Shown: positions 25,980-38,010 of the stretch, one piece after another
Numbering within the stretch: the stretch's first letter is position 1
Layout: each line of letters begins with the position of its first letter
Origin: Octopus vulgaris
Taxonomy: Eukaryota
Direction: 5' to 3'
DNA length: 64,000 nucleotides
NCBI GenBank assembly: GCA_951406725.2
Contig: OX597815.1
Coordinates: 118,358,001-118,422,000 of the forward strand
Made by a program: the position numbers and the translations under genes
The notes under the pieces: generated by a model
What the model saw: only the letters and a program-made list of their open reading frames with translations
The model's database searches: none
Told to the model about the DNA's origin: nothing

Positions 25980-28900
25980 AAACAAAAATATAATCTATGA
26001 AATTTATTCATAAAAATAGATGTTACATTAAATTTGTCTACTTGTAACAGTAAAATGGAATGAGATTCATCAAAAAAAAAAAAAAACAGGAAAAAAATAA
26101 AGTAACTAAAATATTAAAATGAAAATTGTAGAATACAGTTTGTACATGTTTTAATTTTCTACAATAACTGGTCTAAATACATGTGGCTATTTGAGGAAAG
26201 AAGGAAAAAAAAAATTGACAAACTATCATTCATGCCATATATACAAGTATGATTTTAAAAAAACATTCATAAAAAGGCCAGATTAAACTGAAAGACTATG
26301 ATTGGAAGAATGCTGCAGAAAAGTGCAAATGATTGGAAGAATGTAGAGTTACAAAACAATACATATGGATATTTATCAAAATATGAATGTATCTAAAATG
26401 GTTAGAAAGTTTTATACTCCATGTTAGAAAATATAAAGTATTTCACAAAAATAGATATTTTCTTTCATTAAAAAAAAAAATTATTGCTTATTTAAAGTGG
26501 AATGAAATATAGTTAAAAGGAAAAACAGAAGAGCAACTTAGTTGATGCTAAGTTGGTTTTTGGCACGATTTCATTCTTGAACTGTTTGTTTCTCTTTAGC
26601 ATGAATTTATATATCCATGTTTTATTATTGTTAATTCACTACTGAAGAGAAAGATTAAAGTGAGGGAAAAAAAAAAAAAAAATCAACTCTGTAAGTAGTA
26701 GTTATGTAACTGCAAGCATTACTGTATCTAATAACATGATCTAGTTGTTTAGTAGGAGACCAGCTTCAACTATGTAACAATTAGTAACAAGAGGATTTAC
26801 CTAATTATCAGACTGGGAATATGGAAGGCAAGTTAATAATTGCTTACTGGCATGAATGAGAATCAGCAGTTGTATGTAGGAATCCTTGTAGTAGTATGTT
26901 ACGAAACACTGAAGAATCACACAATATCGAAAATACAGTATATAAATAAATTTAACTTATGGGTCTCTTGCATATCGCAAAAACTAATATAAAATTAGAG
27001 AGTGGATGTAACTATAAATTTAAAAAAAAAGGAAGGTTTCAATTCTTGAATATTAATTATTTATATGAATATGTGGACCAATTTCCTCAAGGCACCAACA
27101 GTTGCGAATAATTACATTCGAATTTGGCAAAATAATAAAAGAAATTTATGAAGGTGTAGAACCCTAAATAGTATTTAGAATAAGTTATAAATTCAATATC
27201 TGTTTCAGTAAATGTTGAGTCTTAGATAATTCAACTGCATATGATTAAGTTTTACTGCTTTTCTTGAATTGTAAAAGTTTAAACTACATGTCTAGTCACT
27301 TCCCTGTAATGGAACATTATGACTTCGGAAATAAATATAACAATAGTTTTTTAACATGCCTCGAATCATAATAATAATGATTTCAAATTTTGCCACTAGG
27401 GCAGCCATTTTGGGGGAGAGGATAAGTCGATTACATCAACCCCAGTGTTTCACTGGTACTTAATTTATCAACACTGAAAGGACGAAAGGCAAAGTTGACC
27501 TCGGTGGAATTTGAACTCAGAATGTAGCAACGGACAAAATGCTGCTAAGCATTTCGTCCAGCATGCTAACAATTCTGCCAGCTCACTGCCATAATAATAG
27601 TAACAATAATCCTTTCTACTATAGGCACAAGGCCCGAAATTTGAGAGGAAGGATAGTTGATTACATCGACCCCAGTGTTTCACTGGTACTTAATTTATTG
27701 ATCCCAGAAGGATGAAAGGCAAAGTCAACTTCGGCAGAATTTGAACTCAGATCATCAAGGCAGATGAAATACAACCAAGTAATTCGCCTGGCGTGCTAAC
27801 AATTCTGCCAGCTCGCCACCTTTATAATAGTAACAATATTAAAAATATTTACTGTCACATAAGATGATGCAATAATGCTGGAGAGAAACACCTTAGTAGG
27901 AAAGTTAAATAAAATGTATATATATATATATATACACATAAACACAGTGAAATATTTACTGTGAAAATGAAAAACAGAAACACCCAACATTGTAATAACT
28001 AGAACGTATTACGGAAGGATATAATGTAAGTCACAAGACTAAAGTTTGTTAAAGTGTTAATCAAACTGCATTCACCTAGAACTCCATAGATATTTTATCA
28101 ATCAGTACTGGAAAGATTAAAAGTAAATGCAATCTTTCGAAAGGTGATCAACAAAGAAAAGAGAGAAATGTATTAAAATTGGTACAATGAACCATTGTCT
28201 GCAATCTGTTATATCACATTATTTATTTTATTTTTCTAAACATCATTTATAATTAGTTATATTTATATCAAGGTATTTCAGGTGAGCATATTGCTATATC
28301 TATAAATCTAAAATGAATTATTAGGAAGACATCAAATGTTCAGGTTATGGAGGGTGGAGTTGTTGTTGTTAAATAAAAAAGGAGTAAAAGCACTTTGTGA
28401 TTTTTTTTCTTTTTTAGGTTAGCAAATCATATCAAGTAACTACAAAAAAAAAAAAAAAAATTTCCACTTAGAAAGTGCATTTAATGTCTATAGATAAAAA
28501 TTAGTCTATATATGGCAGTATTTATACACATTGCTATGAAAATATCAAGGCATTCAAGGAACATTAAAAGATTTCATTTGTTAAAAACATAGTGAATTTG
28601 GGTGGGTGGTTTTCATACTATAGATTAAAAATTTAAAGACAAAATTACAAAAAAGTGTCTTATGTATGAAATCTATAATAGAACTATGTATGTCACTATG
28701 TTTACTCACAGCTAAATTCAACTAGCTCTAGGATATAAAATATTAGAAGTTCAACAGAGTGACCCTAGTAAAAATGACTTGGTAGCATTTGACTGTGAAT
28801 GCAAATGGCAAAGATAATCTCATGAAAAAAGAAAGCAGTCACTCTTATGAATTTTCTGTTGGTACAGAAAATATGCTCCGAAATCACTTACATGTATAAA

Positions 28901-30049
28901 AATCATAAAATTCTCACGAAATGCTAAAAAGATGGTTAAATATCACAGATCTGTGTGGTGTGTTTATGTGTGTGTGTGTTTATAACTTTCTGCCTTGTTA
29001 CAGTTAATTACAAACTGCATTCATTAATGTTCCAATTCATTCACCTTAAGATTAATTTGAAAAAGGAAAAAACTTCATTAGCACTAATTACATTCATAGG
29101 ATTCTTCAGATATCTGAAAAAAAAATGTTATAACTGCAAAAATAAATAAAGAATTCCAAGTAAAAATGTCACTAATATTTACAAATTTTAATTCACATGT
29201 TCTTGTAAGGTTTGTTTGATTAACTACTTCCAAGACATCCACAAATTGTTTCTTTTTTTTTTTGTAATGCAGTTGAGGAGAGAGTATATATGTGAACTAG
29301 TTATTTTCTGATGATTGCATAGGTTAAATGGCACTAGTAATCATGATAAAGGTGAAAGTAAAAAATAAGTCTCTTAAATAGATATGAACTATTATTAAGG
29401 CAAGTTAGGTTAACAGTAACAGGTAACAGGGCATACCATGGGTGGATTAGGATTTAAACATTGGAAACAAATTAATCCAGTACTATATTCTATCAGCCAT
29501 TTCACCTCTCAATACTGTAGTTTCTAATTTAGCTACAAAGCTAGCAGTTTTGAGAAGAGCAGGGCAGTCAATACCATCAACCTTAGTATTTGACTGATAC
29601 TTTATTTTATTTACTCTGGAAGGATACAAAAGCCAGACTGATCTTGGAATATGAATCCAAAATGTAAAGAGTTAGAAGAAATACAAAACATTTTGTCCAA
29701 TGCTCTAATGGTTCTGCCAAGGTGTGTTTACAAAGGTAGTTAAATGTTACCATCAAACATTTTACACCGGTTGAAATATTGTGATTTATTTAGCATGGAC
29801 TGACAGAAAATAGGAAAAGTTATAATGAAGTATTAGTAAGGCATACTCTTATACATTTAAGGTGCTGAGAGTCCCCCATCCCACCTGTTCTATTACAAAC
29901 CTATAAATGTATCTAATTCGTACTGAAAATATACATTTTTATTTTTTTGTTAATCAGCCACTAACCAGGGACATAATGGAATGATAATCCCTAGATGTAA
30001 TCGAAATAAACATTTGGATAGGATTATAAGTAACCTAAGAGCTGTTGAT
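25980..30049 (-). other. Probable long (~4 kb) innexin 3' UTR
   Basis: AT-rich, microsatellite-poor sequence downstream of the stop. Candidate AATAAA at 26008-26003 followed by a U/GU-rich tract. Other AATAAA sites exist, so the end is uncertain. Confidence 0.4.
27378..27822 (-). mobile_element. SINE family A, tandem pair within the putative innexin 3' UTR
   Basis: Two head-to-tail reverse copies of the 5276 family. Confidence 0.85.
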
Positions 30050-30958
30050 CTACGACTTTAGAGGCTGTTTTGATGGATCTTTTGAAATGTCATCTTTGTC
30101 TAGAGTATCTTTGTAAGTGTTATTAAGATCTGGAGAGCCTGCTTTCCGACCACTTTTGTTCTTGTATAAATGCCATAATTCTTTCACTAAGTCAACTAGA
30201 ACCAAGTCTGTGGAGTTCTTAGAAACAAGGCGTAATACAAAAAATCCGTCATCTCGCAGATAGTCTGTTGTAAAACGATGCACCAGTTTCTTGTCTTCAC
30301 TTGTGAATATATCCTCTGAAGACTTCAAATATTTAGCGATATAATTAACATGAGACTGACGGAAAATTGTGCGATAAATCCATAACAATAAATTGCCACA
30401 TGTAACTATAGAAATAAAGACTAACCAAAACCAAAGAAAAATGAAGATTTTTTCATTAAATAGATTAACAGGAAGAACACACTGGACAGTGAAACGTTGA
30501 ATGTTCTGTAACTGCCTTATCTCAAAATCACAGAGAGTCACACGAGGGAATCTGACGGATTCTTTCCAAGGAACCTTATTACGTACCATTTCAAGAACTT
30601 CATAACCATATACTGAAAACTGGTTAGACATAAAGGCATTCAATAAGAAAAACTGTCCAATGACATTTGCAGCATACAGAGCTTTCACACAAACATAGAA
30701 TCCAACCAAAAATGTCCCTTCTCTTTTTGAACACATCAGACAGCAAACTTTTGTCATTTTCTGCCTCATTCGTACAACATAATTCATTTTATATTCGCGG
30801 TAGGTTTCCAGCCAGCGATCCATGTAAAACGCTATGTGTTCAATAGTTTTCTGACGGTCTTCAGGGGATCCAAGTTGAGTTTGTTCAGCCAAGTCAACAA
30901 CTCGCTCTAAATTAACACCAGATACACTGCTTAACAACCTCCAGATTATGTTAGGAAA
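30050..30958 (-). CDS. inx: Innexin, last coding exon (end of TM2 to C-terminus, 302 aa + TAG)
   Basis: Acceptor tttcattttcAG at 30960-30959, then FPNIIWRLLSSVSG... Innexin motifs FPRVTLCDF, VQCVLPVNLFNEKIFIFLWFW and YLRDDGFFVLRLV. Stop TAG at 30052-30050. The ORF-track TTG start at 30937 is not the true start. Confidence 0.96.
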   Translation of the reverse strand, partial: FPNIIWRLLSSVSGVNLERVVDLAEQTQLGSPEDRQKTIEHIAFYMDRWLETYREYKMNYVVRMRQKMTKVCCLMCSKREGTFLVGFYVCVKALYAANVIGQFFLLNAFMSNQFSVYGYEVLEMVRNKVPWKESVRFPRVTLCDFEIRQLQNIQRFTVQCVLPVNLFNEKIFIFLWFWLVFISIVTCGNLLLWIYRTIFRQSHVNYIAKYLKSSEDIFTSEDKKLVHRFTTDYLRDDGFFVLRLVSKNSTDLVLVDLVKELWHLYKNKSGRKAGSPDLNNTYKDTLDKDDISKDPSKQPLKS

Positions 30959-31927
30959 CTGAAAATGAAAAGAATATACATATATTAAGAAACTGAAAAC
31001 TTGGAAAGCATAAATGTGTAAGAAAAAAAAAAATGGTGAAAGACAACTTCAGTTTCCCCCAAATTACTTACAAGACAATTTTAGAAGTATGATTCCAAGT
31101 TAGAATAAAAAAAAAACAAAAACAGACATCTATCACAAGCCTAAGGCCAAAATTTTTTGAAGGAGTGGGATACTTCATTAAAACTAGCCCGGTACTTGAA
31201 TGGTGTTTTAACCTCCATCCCAGAAGGATAGAGGTTAAAATTGACTGTGAATTCAGAATGTAAAAGGAACATAAATATCAATTTGGTGCCTGAAAACATT
31301 AAAACTCATAAAAAAATGTTTTTTAAAAGCATCGATGATTTGGTAATCAATGCAGAAACATGGGCCAATGAGGTGACTCATCTGTGGTCACTCAACTTGT
31401 CATAAGTAGCAGCTAAATTTCCTTCTAATAACACCTCACCAACTCAGGAAAGAACACAATGAATAATATGGATCTAGTTTTATTCTAGATAGCAAAAATG
31501 GGATGATAGCCACAGCTAGAATCCTTGTAATAATAGGACAGCTTGATTAGGGCTGCTCTGGATCTAAACAATAACAACTGCAGGTACAAAGAAATAAATT
31601 CATAAAGGAAGAGAGTCAGGTGAGGAAATATGGATATCGAAACAGAATGTAAGAAATATTATTCTGGCTTGAATTTGAATCTTGTATATTGAGAAAATAG
31701 GACTTAAAAGCATTACGTAAAGATTCTAAATAAATTTGCATTTTTCTTTATTTAAAAAATTTTTTTGAAATAAATAACACGAAATTGAATGAAATTTTGA
31801 CTTGTAATTTCATAATTCTACTTCCTTTGTAAGTGGCTTCAGGAGAAGGATGAACATCTAGTTTTACTTCGAACAATATGAAACAGTTTCCTTGTGTCTA
31901 TAAATCAACAGTGAGACAACTATTTAA

Positions 31928-32122
31928 CCCTTTAGCATTCAGATTACCCTGCCAAATGTTCTGCTTATTTATTCACATTGTTTTGAACTAATCATGCATT
32001 ATTTTGTAGCTCTGAGATTTTGATGATGTGAATATATTTTTAGAATGATATCGTAGGGTAGTTTAAACATAAAACAGGTAGAATATTTTGAGTCTGAAAT
32101 GGCTGGTTTGAATGCTAAAGGG
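31928..32122. mobile_element. piggyBac-type MITE (TTAA target duplication)
   Basis: ttaa-ccctttagcattca ... tgaatgctaaaggg-ttaa. Related copies at about 25520-25680, 34950-35075, 37098-37322, 38991-39215 and 41298-41485. Confidence 0.85.
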
Positions 32123-32504
32123 TTAATTACTATTTTTATATTGTCTGTCTTGTAAAATATTATTTCAGTTTATTACTGTTTTGTGCCATATTTACCAGGT
32201 TTAAGTACTTGAGTTCAGCCTGAAGTACGAACTGTAGGTCTGAGTCAAAGCCATCATCACTTAAAACATCCACTTTTCTATATACACATGGGTTGGATGG
32301 AATTTTTGAGGCAGATTTTCTACAGCAGTATGCCCTTTCTGTCATAACCCACACCTGTTTTCAAGTGAAGTAATATTTCCCCATGACCAGACACGTTTTC
32401 ATGGAAGTTTCATAATAAGAAGCACTGCTAGTGTAACAGCAACACTCATTTGTGACTATCATGCCATGTCAAGGAGACATCAAATTCAAAAATTTGATGA
32501 CTGA

Positions 32505-32935
32505 CACCCATGCTAGTGGAGCACTAAGAGCACCATCTGAGCGTGATCGCTGCCAGAGCAGCTGACTTCTGTGCCGGTGGAACATAAAAAGCATCATTGA
32601 AATGTGATCATTACCAGTGTTGCCTTACTGGCACGTGAATAACATTCGAGCAAAGTCATTGCCAGTGCCACTGGACTGGCTCCTGTGCAGGAGGTATGTA
32701 TAAAACACCACCTGCGTGTGGCCGTTGCCAGTACCGCCTGACTGGCCCTTGTGCTGGTGGCACGTAAAAGCACCCACTACACTCTCAGAGTGGTTGGCAT
32801 TAGGAAGGGCATCCAGCTGTACAAACACAGCCAGATCAGATTGGAGCCTGGTGCAGCCATCTGGTATGCCAGTCCTCAATCAAATCATCCAACCCATGCT
32901 AGCATGGAAAGCGGACGTTAAACGATGATGATGTT
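32505..32935 (+). mobile_element. SINE-like family D copy (innexin intron 2)
   Basis: Internal gtgccggtggcacgtaaaaagcacc-type repeats, core ggaagggcatccagctgta, tail ccatgctagcatggaaagcggacgttaaacgatgatg. Confidence 0.85.
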
Positions 32936-33352
32936 ATATATATATATATATATACATACACACATACTGGTTTCTTTCGGTTTCTGTCAACCAGTTCCAT
33001 TCACAAGGCTATAGAAGATGCTTGCCCAAGGTGCAATGCAGTGGAACTGAACCTAAAATCATGTGGTTCGGAAGCAAATTTGTTATCACACAGTCACACC
33101 TACACCTGTGGCATGCATAAATATGGCAGGCAATGTTCAAACTGTTTGAAACAAGATAGATGAAGTTGAAGTTAGATATTGTTTTATTCAAATTACGATG
33201 AACGTAAACAAATAAACGAAGTTTGCTTTAGATGTCTTAGAAAGTTAAAGAAGTGATTTTAAATTCTCAAACGCAGAATAATACTAATAACACAGCCTGA
33301 ACAGGATAAGGTACCCCTATTTTGCAGAAAAAAAAGTAAAACTATATCTTAC

Positions 33353-33701
33353 CTTAAAAAGAAATGCCATAAAAAGTAAAATCAAAGGGGTCCACTGATA
33401 GTAAGTAATTTCTGCATCGGAACGTGCAGTGATGTCTGTAGGTATGATGTCGTTCATTGATATGTAGTAGGTATTTGAAATCCAACAGTATGATTTCACA
33501 TACTCGACATAATGTCCAGGAAATTCAGCAGGAGCCCAACAATGAATTGGGTCTCCAACATACTGTGTTGTTGTGACTACGATAGCAAAGAGAACAAGTA
33601 GAAAAACTGTCCACAAATGATTGAGCCGATCGCCCCAGTCATCATTGGTGCTGCCTCGCAGTCTCGACCATGACATAAACCCACCAAGTATTGAGCCAAT
33701 C
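33353..33701 (-). CDS. inx: Innexin, internal coding exon (N-terminus, TM1, EL1, TM2), 349 nt
   Basis: Acceptor tctttccAG at 33703-33702. The exon opens with one G then IGSILGGFMSWSRLRGSTNDDWGDRLNH...QYVGDPIHCW...YCWISNTYY...YYQWTPLILLFMAFLFK. Donor GTAAGA at 33352. The phase-0 join gives ...FLFK|FPNIIWR, a typical innexin TM2 end. Confidence 0.95.
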
Positions 33702-34266
33702 CTGGAAAGAGAAATAGAAATAAAAATAGAAATATATTAAATATGAAAACTTGAAATAATAAAAGCCAAATTAGTTATGGTTATTGCCATAAATGATACA
33801 ATTTAGAACATGACCATTGTAAAGTACATATTTACTACTGGTATGTGAACCAACGAATTCCTTTAGTACACCATACACATTAAATTCATTTGTTGCAACT
33901 TCTGGTTTTCTATGCTAGCATGGATTTGGATGGCTACATATTTGAAATGATAATTTACATCTGGATGCTCTTCCTGTCACTAACCTATACTGGTTTTTTC
34001 AAGGGATTTTTTTTTTATCCCACTGGTTTCCAAAGCACAAGTAGCAAGCCAAAGTCATAATATCAATATTTACTTGTTTCAGTCATTTGACTGCGGCCAT
34101 GCTGGAGCACCACCTTTAGTCGAGCAAATCGACCCCAGGACTTATTCTTTTTAAGTCTAGTATTTATTCTATCGGTATCGTTTGCCGAACTGCTAAGTTA
34201 CAGGGATGAAAACACACCAGCATTGGTTGTCAAGCAATATTGGGCGGACAAACAGACACAAACATA

Positions 34267-34680
34267 TACCGCAAATCTTCGAGTATAGTCTGCCCTTGAG
34301 TATAATACACAGGGGATTTTTAGGGGACTGTACCTCCGAAACACCTAAACCATGAGTATATTACGCACTCTTTCTCTAACCTGAGTCATGCATAATTAAG
34401 CCAGCAGCACCTAGTCGAACAAACACTTACGCGCATGCATAATACAATAATGGTGATGTTCTCAACTGTTATATGGGAATATAAATATGTTTGCAAATTG
34501 TTTTTGTTATATGTTATTCTGTGTTCTGAATACTTTTATTTTAATAAATGTTGCTTACTGCAAGTTATGGATGATTTTTTTTATTACTTCATTGCCGGAC
34601 AGCAAATAGAGTTTTGGACATCGCTTAGAAAATATTTTTCATTTTTAACCTCGTATATAGTACGCACTAGGGATTTTTCC
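34267..34680. mobile_element. Truncated pogo/Tigger-like MITE nested in a SINE
   Basis: Starts ta-ccgcaaat with repeated (c/t)gagtata.t.cgcac-like subterminal motifs. Splits the SINE at 34069-34826 into two halves. Confidence 0.55.
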
Positions 34681-36781
34681 CCAGTCTACCAAATCCACTC
34701 ACAAGGCTTTGGTCGGCCCAAGAGTATAGTAGAAGACATTTGCCCAAGGTGCCATGCAGTGGTTCTGAACCCAGAACCATGTGATTCGTAAGCAAGCTAC
34801 TTACCACACAGCCACTCCTACACCTATGTACACAACATTTGCATAACATGCATATCTAAGTTTTGCATGATACATGCATATCTAACACAAGCATGCCAGC
34901 ATCTACAGCAATAATCATACAAAATACAAAACATCAACATTAAATATCTAGCCTTTTAAGTATTCTAATTACTGTTCGAACTTGAATTTGTAAAACTACC
35001 CAATCTACAAGATAATGCATGGTTACCTCAAATATGAATAAAATATGCATTATACTTGACAGAATAATTTGAATAATAAATAGAACATTACCAAATTGGG
35101 GTTAGTACTAACATTTAAGAGACCATTAGTAAAGTGAAGTCAGTACAAACATGGTTAATAGATCATAAGGTAGGTCAGAATATTGGAAGAGTGGTGGTTT
35201 TTGACTTGACTCCACCTGACTTCCCCCCCACAGTCAACAATACCCAAATCCACTGAATTAAATTTTCATTTTTCCACCATGTACGGGGGACAATATAGTC
35301 ATTTTAAACTGCTGCATTTTTCATAGTGTATTTATTTCTTGATAGCTCTCTACTACCTTATATATTAAATTATGTTAACACTGAACTATATTGTTCCAAA
35401 GAGTATCTTTAAATCATAAATCTATAAAGAATTCTATTTTCCTAAAGCAATAAATGTGCAATGGCAAAAGAGATCAGAATAAGACTGAAATGTGTTAAGA
35501 GTTGCCAGGAAAAAAAAAAAAAGAGATTAGTAATTAACTACCTTTGTAGTAGTATGGTTACAAAGTAACTTCCAAGACAAAACCCCTTATATGAGTGGGT
35601 GGGTGGAGGTAATATTGAGAGCACTGGTTTTATGCAAAGTGATGAGAGCTTAAAAAGGAAGACAGGGGAGATGCATGGGTACCCTGTTTGGAAGAGGAGG
35701 AGTATTGTGATGAAGATGTGTCAGAGTGTACCCACAAGTTACAGGAAGAGGAATAATGAGAAGTGGTACGACTTCATTTATTCCAACTTAACTAATATTG
35801 TAAAATGATTTTGGTATACTTATGAGTTTTCCATAAAAAAAGATGATTAAATTAAAAAAGAGAATAGTCATAAAAATTATCAATCTGACTAACAGATGTA
35901 AAAGAATAAAGTTTTCCCATGGAACAATAAAATTTATCTTAAAAATACCAATTGTGTGAAAACTTCCCCCCCCCCCCCCAAATCAGTCATAAAAATGCCA
36001 AAGCTGAAGGGTAGAACTAAAAGACTATTAATAATTAACTGCAAACATGAGAAAAAAATGGAATGAAATTGTTTTAGCTTTCCAGTGGGAACTACACTAT
36101 TATTGTTTCATATGAATGATCAATAAAAAAACAGAGAAGCTCAAGATATTGGAAGTGTTGATTTTGGTATTAAGAAAAGTGCTTTCTTACTTTCAGAGAC
36201 ATTTCTAATTGTACAGGTAAATATAGGGATTATTATTTTGGACATTGTACCTGTTACATAACTTCCAGACTTTTCACCATTATCACCTGATATATAATTT
36301 TTTTTTTTTTTTTACTATTTATAATTTTCCAGATACTTTTATCTGAACGCAATGCCTTCCTCTCACACAATACAATTACACCTACACAATCATATCACAC
36401 CCCTACTATCCCATGCCACAACACTCCTGTACTTACACACCACACATCCCATCCCACCATAGACACACCTCTCCCTGGTTAACTCTATTCACAGATAACT
36501 TCCTGTACATACACCACCTATGCCTTCCCTTCTAACTTCCCTCCTAACAAACTGCTTTCCTATCTGGCCCTGTCCCCACACCTCATGGCCAACTTACCTA
36601 ACCACTTTTTCTCATATTTATTCTGCTTTCCCTTATTTAAGTATTAAACTAATACATTTATTATAAACTTGTACCTCCAGTTTTTTTTTTTTTTTTCTGG
36701 CTCATTGTCTAAGTATAGGGATGATGCTCAATGAATGCTCAATGAAAGAAGAATATTGGAATTTGATGTTAGTTGAATTAA

Positions 36782-36999
36782 CCCTTTCGATACCAACTGG
36801 GCTGAAACCGCCTCTGGCTCTGTAGTACAAATGTTTTGTTTTCATAAGTTTTGAATTAAAAATCTTCCACAAAACTTTAGTCACAATTTATGCTCTTAAC
36901 CCTAGATTAATAACTAAATTATTTTACTAAATCCTTTGTTATATTTAAAATTAACTGAAAGAAACAGAGCATCTCAAAATAAATATAGTAACGAAAGGG
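36782..36999. mobile_element. Second piggyBac-type MITE family (TTAA target duplication)
   Basis: ttaa-ccctttcgatac ... gtaacgaaaggg-ttaa. Confidence 0.8.
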
Positions 37000-37691
37000 T
37001 TAAGACAGAACTAGGTTCAAATCAAAGAAAACACAGGAAGAAGTTATCAATACAGTCTTAAATAAAAAATTTCTCTAATCAGATAAGTACAAACTAACTT
37101 TTTGCATTTAAACTGGACATATCTGGCTAAAATATTCATGTTTTATGTACAAAGTGGCCAGATCTGGTCTCTCACACCAACCTTATCTATACATGTCATT
37201 CCAAAAAGTAACAGTTACTTTGTCAAAATCTCGAAGCTACAAGATAATGTATGGCTAATTCAAAACAATATGAATAAATTAGCATTATGTTTGACAGAAT
37301 AATGTGAATACTGAAGGGTTAAGTGAGAAACAATAATTTTGTATTAAGATCTTGCTGACATTTTCGTCTTTTTTATTTTCTTAATGTTATTAATTCTAAT
37401 ACCAAATAATATTTTGGAACCAGTAGGCATTACCCATTTGCTTATCTGTACACTTCTTTTACCTGTATATCATTTAATTGGTTGAAATATTATCAGATAT
37501 AGGATACAAGTGATAAGAAATACATATGGAAAGTATATTAGAAGAATATACACATGTCAAAAGAAATGTCTTGCTACTTCAACATCTCGAACTTCTGTTC
37601 CTTTATTGATCTTTCATAAAATATGCAATAATGGAATAGCTTCAACTAGGAAAGCTAAAATTTACATCTTTTCTCATTGTCTTCTATGCTT

Positions 37692-38010
37692 ATCATTGTT
37701 TAACGTCCGTTCTCCATGCTAGCATGGGCTGAACGGTTCGACCGGGGATCTGGGAAGCCAGAAGGCTGCACCAGGCTCCAGTCTGATCTGGCAGTGTTTC
37801 TACAGCTGGATGCCCTTCCTAACGCCAACCACTCCGTGAGTGTAGTGGGTGCTTTTTATATGCCACCAGCACAGGTGCCAGGCGAGGCTGGCAACGGCCA
37901 CGATCGGATTGGTGCTTTTTACGTGCCACCGGCACGGAAGCCAGTCTAGGCGGCGTTGGCATCGGCCACGTTCAGATGGTGTTTTTTACGTGCCACCGGC
38001 ACAGGAATCA
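37692..38010 (-). mobile_element. SINE-like family D copy (innexin intron 1), inverted relative to the 32505 copy
   Basis: Reverse complement of 32640-32930. Further copies at about 614-1000 and 39865-40060. Confidence 0.85.

Noticed and set aside
26905-26945. CTGAAGA...GAAA in the 3' UTR as a hammerhead
   Set aside because: No stem II or stem I pairing; expected by chance in AT-rich DNA.
30935-30937. TTG start for a stand-alone 295-aa ORF
   Set aside because: The frame continues to a splice acceptor at 30959 and joins the upstream innexin exon.
32505-32780. Regularly spaced gtgccggtggcacgtaaaa repeats resembling a CRISPR array (also 37850-38005 and 15589-15740)
   Set aside because: Eukaryotic context, spacers are related to each other, no cas genes; they are internal repeats of a SINE or LINE.
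33317-33352. C-terminal VRYSFTFFSAK of the 119-aa ORF
   Set aside because: Read-through into the intron past the GTAAGA donor.
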